Shown here piece by piece: positions 61,385-64,000 of a stretch of 64,000 nucleotides of DNA. Positions within the stretch are counted from its first letter, which is position 1. Each line of letters begins with the position of its first letter. The notes beneath the pieces were generated by a model that saw only the letters and a program-made list of their open reading frames with translations, had not been told where the DNA came from and did no database searches. This DNA comes from Macrostomum hystrix (Eukaryota > Animalia > Platyhelminthes): the NCBI GenBank assembly GCA_950097015.1, contig CATNEN010000041.1, positions 1,922,001-1,986,000 of the forward strand. Direction: 5' to 3'. Both the position numbers and the translations under genes were made by a program.

Positions 61385-62015
61385 TCGCGAATCCATGAGT
61401 CGCCGAATCCATGAGTCGCCGAATCCATGAGTCGCCGAATCCATGAGTCGCCGAATCCATGAGTCGCCGAATCCATGAGTCGCCGAATCCATGAGTCGCC
61501 GAATCCATGAGTCGCCGAATTCGTGAGTCGCCGAATTCGTGAGTCGCCGAATTCATGAGTCGCCGAATTCGTGAGTCGCCGAATCCATGAGTCGCCGAAT
61601 CCATGAGTCCCCGAATTCATGAGTCGCCGAATCCATGAGTCGCCGAATTCATGAGTCGCCGAATCCATGAGTCCCCGAATTCGTCAGTCACCGAATCCAT
61701 GAGTCGCCGAATTCGTCAGTCACCGAATCCATGAATCGCTGAATCCATGGGTTGCCGAATTCGTCAGTCGCCGAATCCATGAGTCGCCGAATCCATGAGT
61801 CGCCGAATCCATGAGTCGCCGAATCCATGAGTCGCCGAATCCATGAGTCGCCGAATCCATGAGTCGCCGAATCCATGAGTCGCCGAATCCATGAGTCGCC
61901 GAATCCATGAGTCGCCGAATCCATGAGTCGCCGAATCCATGAGTCGCCGAATCCATGAGTCGCCGAATCCATGAGTCCCCGAATTCATGATTCGCCGAAT
62001 TCGCGAGTCGCCGAA
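61385..62015. repeat. 16-bp CpG-rich minisatellite, about 39 copies
   Basis: Unit GAGTCGCCGAAT(C/T)C(A/G)T. Confidence 0.95.
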
Positions 62016-62638
62016 TTCAGATTCGACCAGTTCGGGAGCCGCTAAATTGCTGAGTCGGAAAGTGGATTGCTGAGTGGATTAGCTCCCTGGTTTTCAGGAA
62101 AAAATTAAAAACCGATTTAAGCATTTTGCAGCTACTCACAGTAGGCAGGGCGAAGTCGGCGAAATTTCGACTCACCGAGAGGCAAAAACTTTTGACTTTA
62201 TTCAGTCTGCAGTTCCAGAGCCACGGCTAGGGCACACAGTGAGTGTACATTTCAGAGTCTTCTTGGCTTGGCGGGTTTAATTGCCGTAAATTTTATCCAG
62301 CTCAGGGACAGAGAGATGAGGCTGGCCATGCGGCTGCTGTGCAGTTCGCAATGCAGTTTTTAGTTTAATTCGGACTGCATTTGTGAGAATAGAGAGAGTA
62401 CGCTGCCAAGCTCAAAACCCACCCACCGAATCGAGCGCCGCCCGTGCTGCCCGAGTGCTCAGCCCCCCTGCCCGTCTCTTTCGTCTCTCCTACCGCTTTG
62501 AGTCAGCTCAAGCTTATGCCCAAATGGAGAACTCATCGCAATGGCGTCTATTTCGTATTTCAGTGAGCGCCTCGCGTGAGTTTGGCCGCACCGAGTGGAC
62601 AGCTCTTCCCCCAGCAAGCAAACAGCACCGGCTCCGTC

Positions 62639-63550
62639 ATGCAGCGGGATGTGGACAACTTCCGTGGTCAGTTTTCGGTGAGTGTACAAGCATTGCTGAG
62701 TTAATTAGTCCGAGTCTCTCCAGACTGCCTGCACTGCGAACTCCCCGCCATTGCAGAGTCTGGTTCGGAACATCGAGGACCGAGTCGACGATCTGGTTGC
62801 CCAGACCAAAGTGGACCGGCAGCTCAAACAGCTCAACCAGCAGGAGACAGCGGCTGAATGGTCCGACAAACAGGTAGCACGGCGTAACACCTTGAGGCCA
62901 CCACCCTGACTGATCCTTCAGTGCATCAGCTACCATCCTGACTGATCCTTCAGTGCATCAGCCACCACCCTGACTGATCCTTCAGTGCATCAGCCACCAT
63001 CCTGACTGATCCTTCAGTGCATCAGCCACCACCCTGACTGATCCTTCCGTGCATCAGCCACCACCCTGACTGATCCTTCAGTGCATCAGCCACCACCCTG
63101 ACTGATCCTTCAGTGCATCAGCCACCACCCTGACTGATCCTTCCGTGCATCAGCCACCACCCTGACTGATCCTTCCGTGCATCAGCCACCACCCTGACTG
63201 ATCCTTCAGTGCTACTACCACCCTGACAGCCAGCCTCCCCACATGCCGGCATTTCAGAACTCGCTGTCCGCCCTTAAGTCCGACTGGCAGCGAGTGAAGA
63301 ACCTGGCCAAGTGCCTGGACAGGCAGATGGAGCACCAGTCCAATTATCACCTGGTGAGGCAGGCTGTGAGTAGAGTAAGTGGAATCCAGAGTTCTCACTG
63401 AACCAATGCACTTCTCCGCAGTTCTACCAGACCCTGAAGGAGTACCAGACCAGCCTGGAGGCGTCATTCGCGACTTTCAGGGCGGGTCTGACTGGAAAAC
63501 AGTTCTCAGGCACCAAGGACGAGGCCAAGTGGCTGTTCGATAAGATGCAG
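62639..63550 (+). CDS. Partial plakin-family / spectrin-repeat cytolinker gene (continues beyond the window)
   Basis: Four phase-0 exons: 62639(or 62615)-62677, 62757-62873, 63210-63353, 63422-63550. Translation ...LNQQETAAEWSDKQ|CYYHPDSQPPHMPAFQNSLSALKSDWQRVKNLAKCLDRQMEHQSNYHL|FYQTLKEYQ... resembles by eye the plectin/desmoplakin plakin-domain pattern (WSDRN...HP...ALQTQWSW...AYFQFF). Confidence 0.6.
62898..63228. repeat. 32-bp tandem repeat overlapping a splice acceptor of the plakin-like gene
   Basis: Unit CCACCACCCTGACTGATCCTTC(A/C)GTGCATCAG, 9 full copies plus a terminal copy that forms the acceptor at 63209. Confidence 0.92.
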
Positions 63551-64000
63551 GTGAGATTAAGAGGCCAAATAAAAATATTAATGATTGCAGGAGGGCTGCG
63601 GACAAAGCCATACCATCTGGTGAGACTAGACCTGCAGCCAGCGAGAAGGTCAATTATTCCCATTTCGCCGACTCCTGAGCACACACGCACACAGATACTG
63701 TACGCAGGCATCGCTCACACGGGTGTGTACATCTCACTGTGTACATCTGCCCTGACTTTCTATTCGTTAGGCAGTGCACACTTCACTGTGCCTTGGAGGT
63801 TGGCCCTCAAGGACGTAAATTGCACGACTATCCCCCCAAGCCTTCTCTCCGCAGCTGCGCCCCAAATGAATGTGGCCTCGCCGTTGAATCGAGCTCATGG
63901 ACCTTGGTGCGAGTGGCAAACACGTTACTGCTCTGCCACTCACCCCTACTGAAAATATAAGCTCCAAAATTAGCTTCGCTTTTTGTAAACCAACAACGCA

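Overview
Eukaryotic (metazoan) genomic DNA with GC3-rich exons and introns packed with minisatellites. The style resembles the flatworm Macrostomum, but that is an inference only. Four spliced genes were reconstructed by hand with phase-consistent GT-AG introns. (1) Phosphorylase kinase alpha subunit, minus strand, 1800-12941, with a probable 9-nt first coding exon at 23068-23076; it ends in a CaaX box (CAVQ). (2) Glutamine synthetase type II, plus strand, 23199-27862. (3) Discoidin domain receptor tyrosine kinase, minus strand, 31896-58790. (4) Part of a plakin/spectrin-repeat protein gene, plus strand, from about 62639, running off the window. About 30 distinct tandem arrays are present, including a 7-kb array of a 38-bp unit whose terminal copy forms the PHKA splice acceptor. 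The best hidden element is a minimal type I hammerhead ribozyme (50532-50586, minus strand) in DDR intron 2, in the sense of the pre-mRNA. It has a palindromic stem III, is flanked by a partial A box, a perfect Pol III B box and a T6 terminator, and lies in an element of about 295 bp that splits a GA-rich array. No CRISPR, rRNA or intact tRNA was found. Most long ORFs in the ORF track are by-products of tandem repeats. All protein similarities are by-eye comparisons to remembered sequences, not database results.
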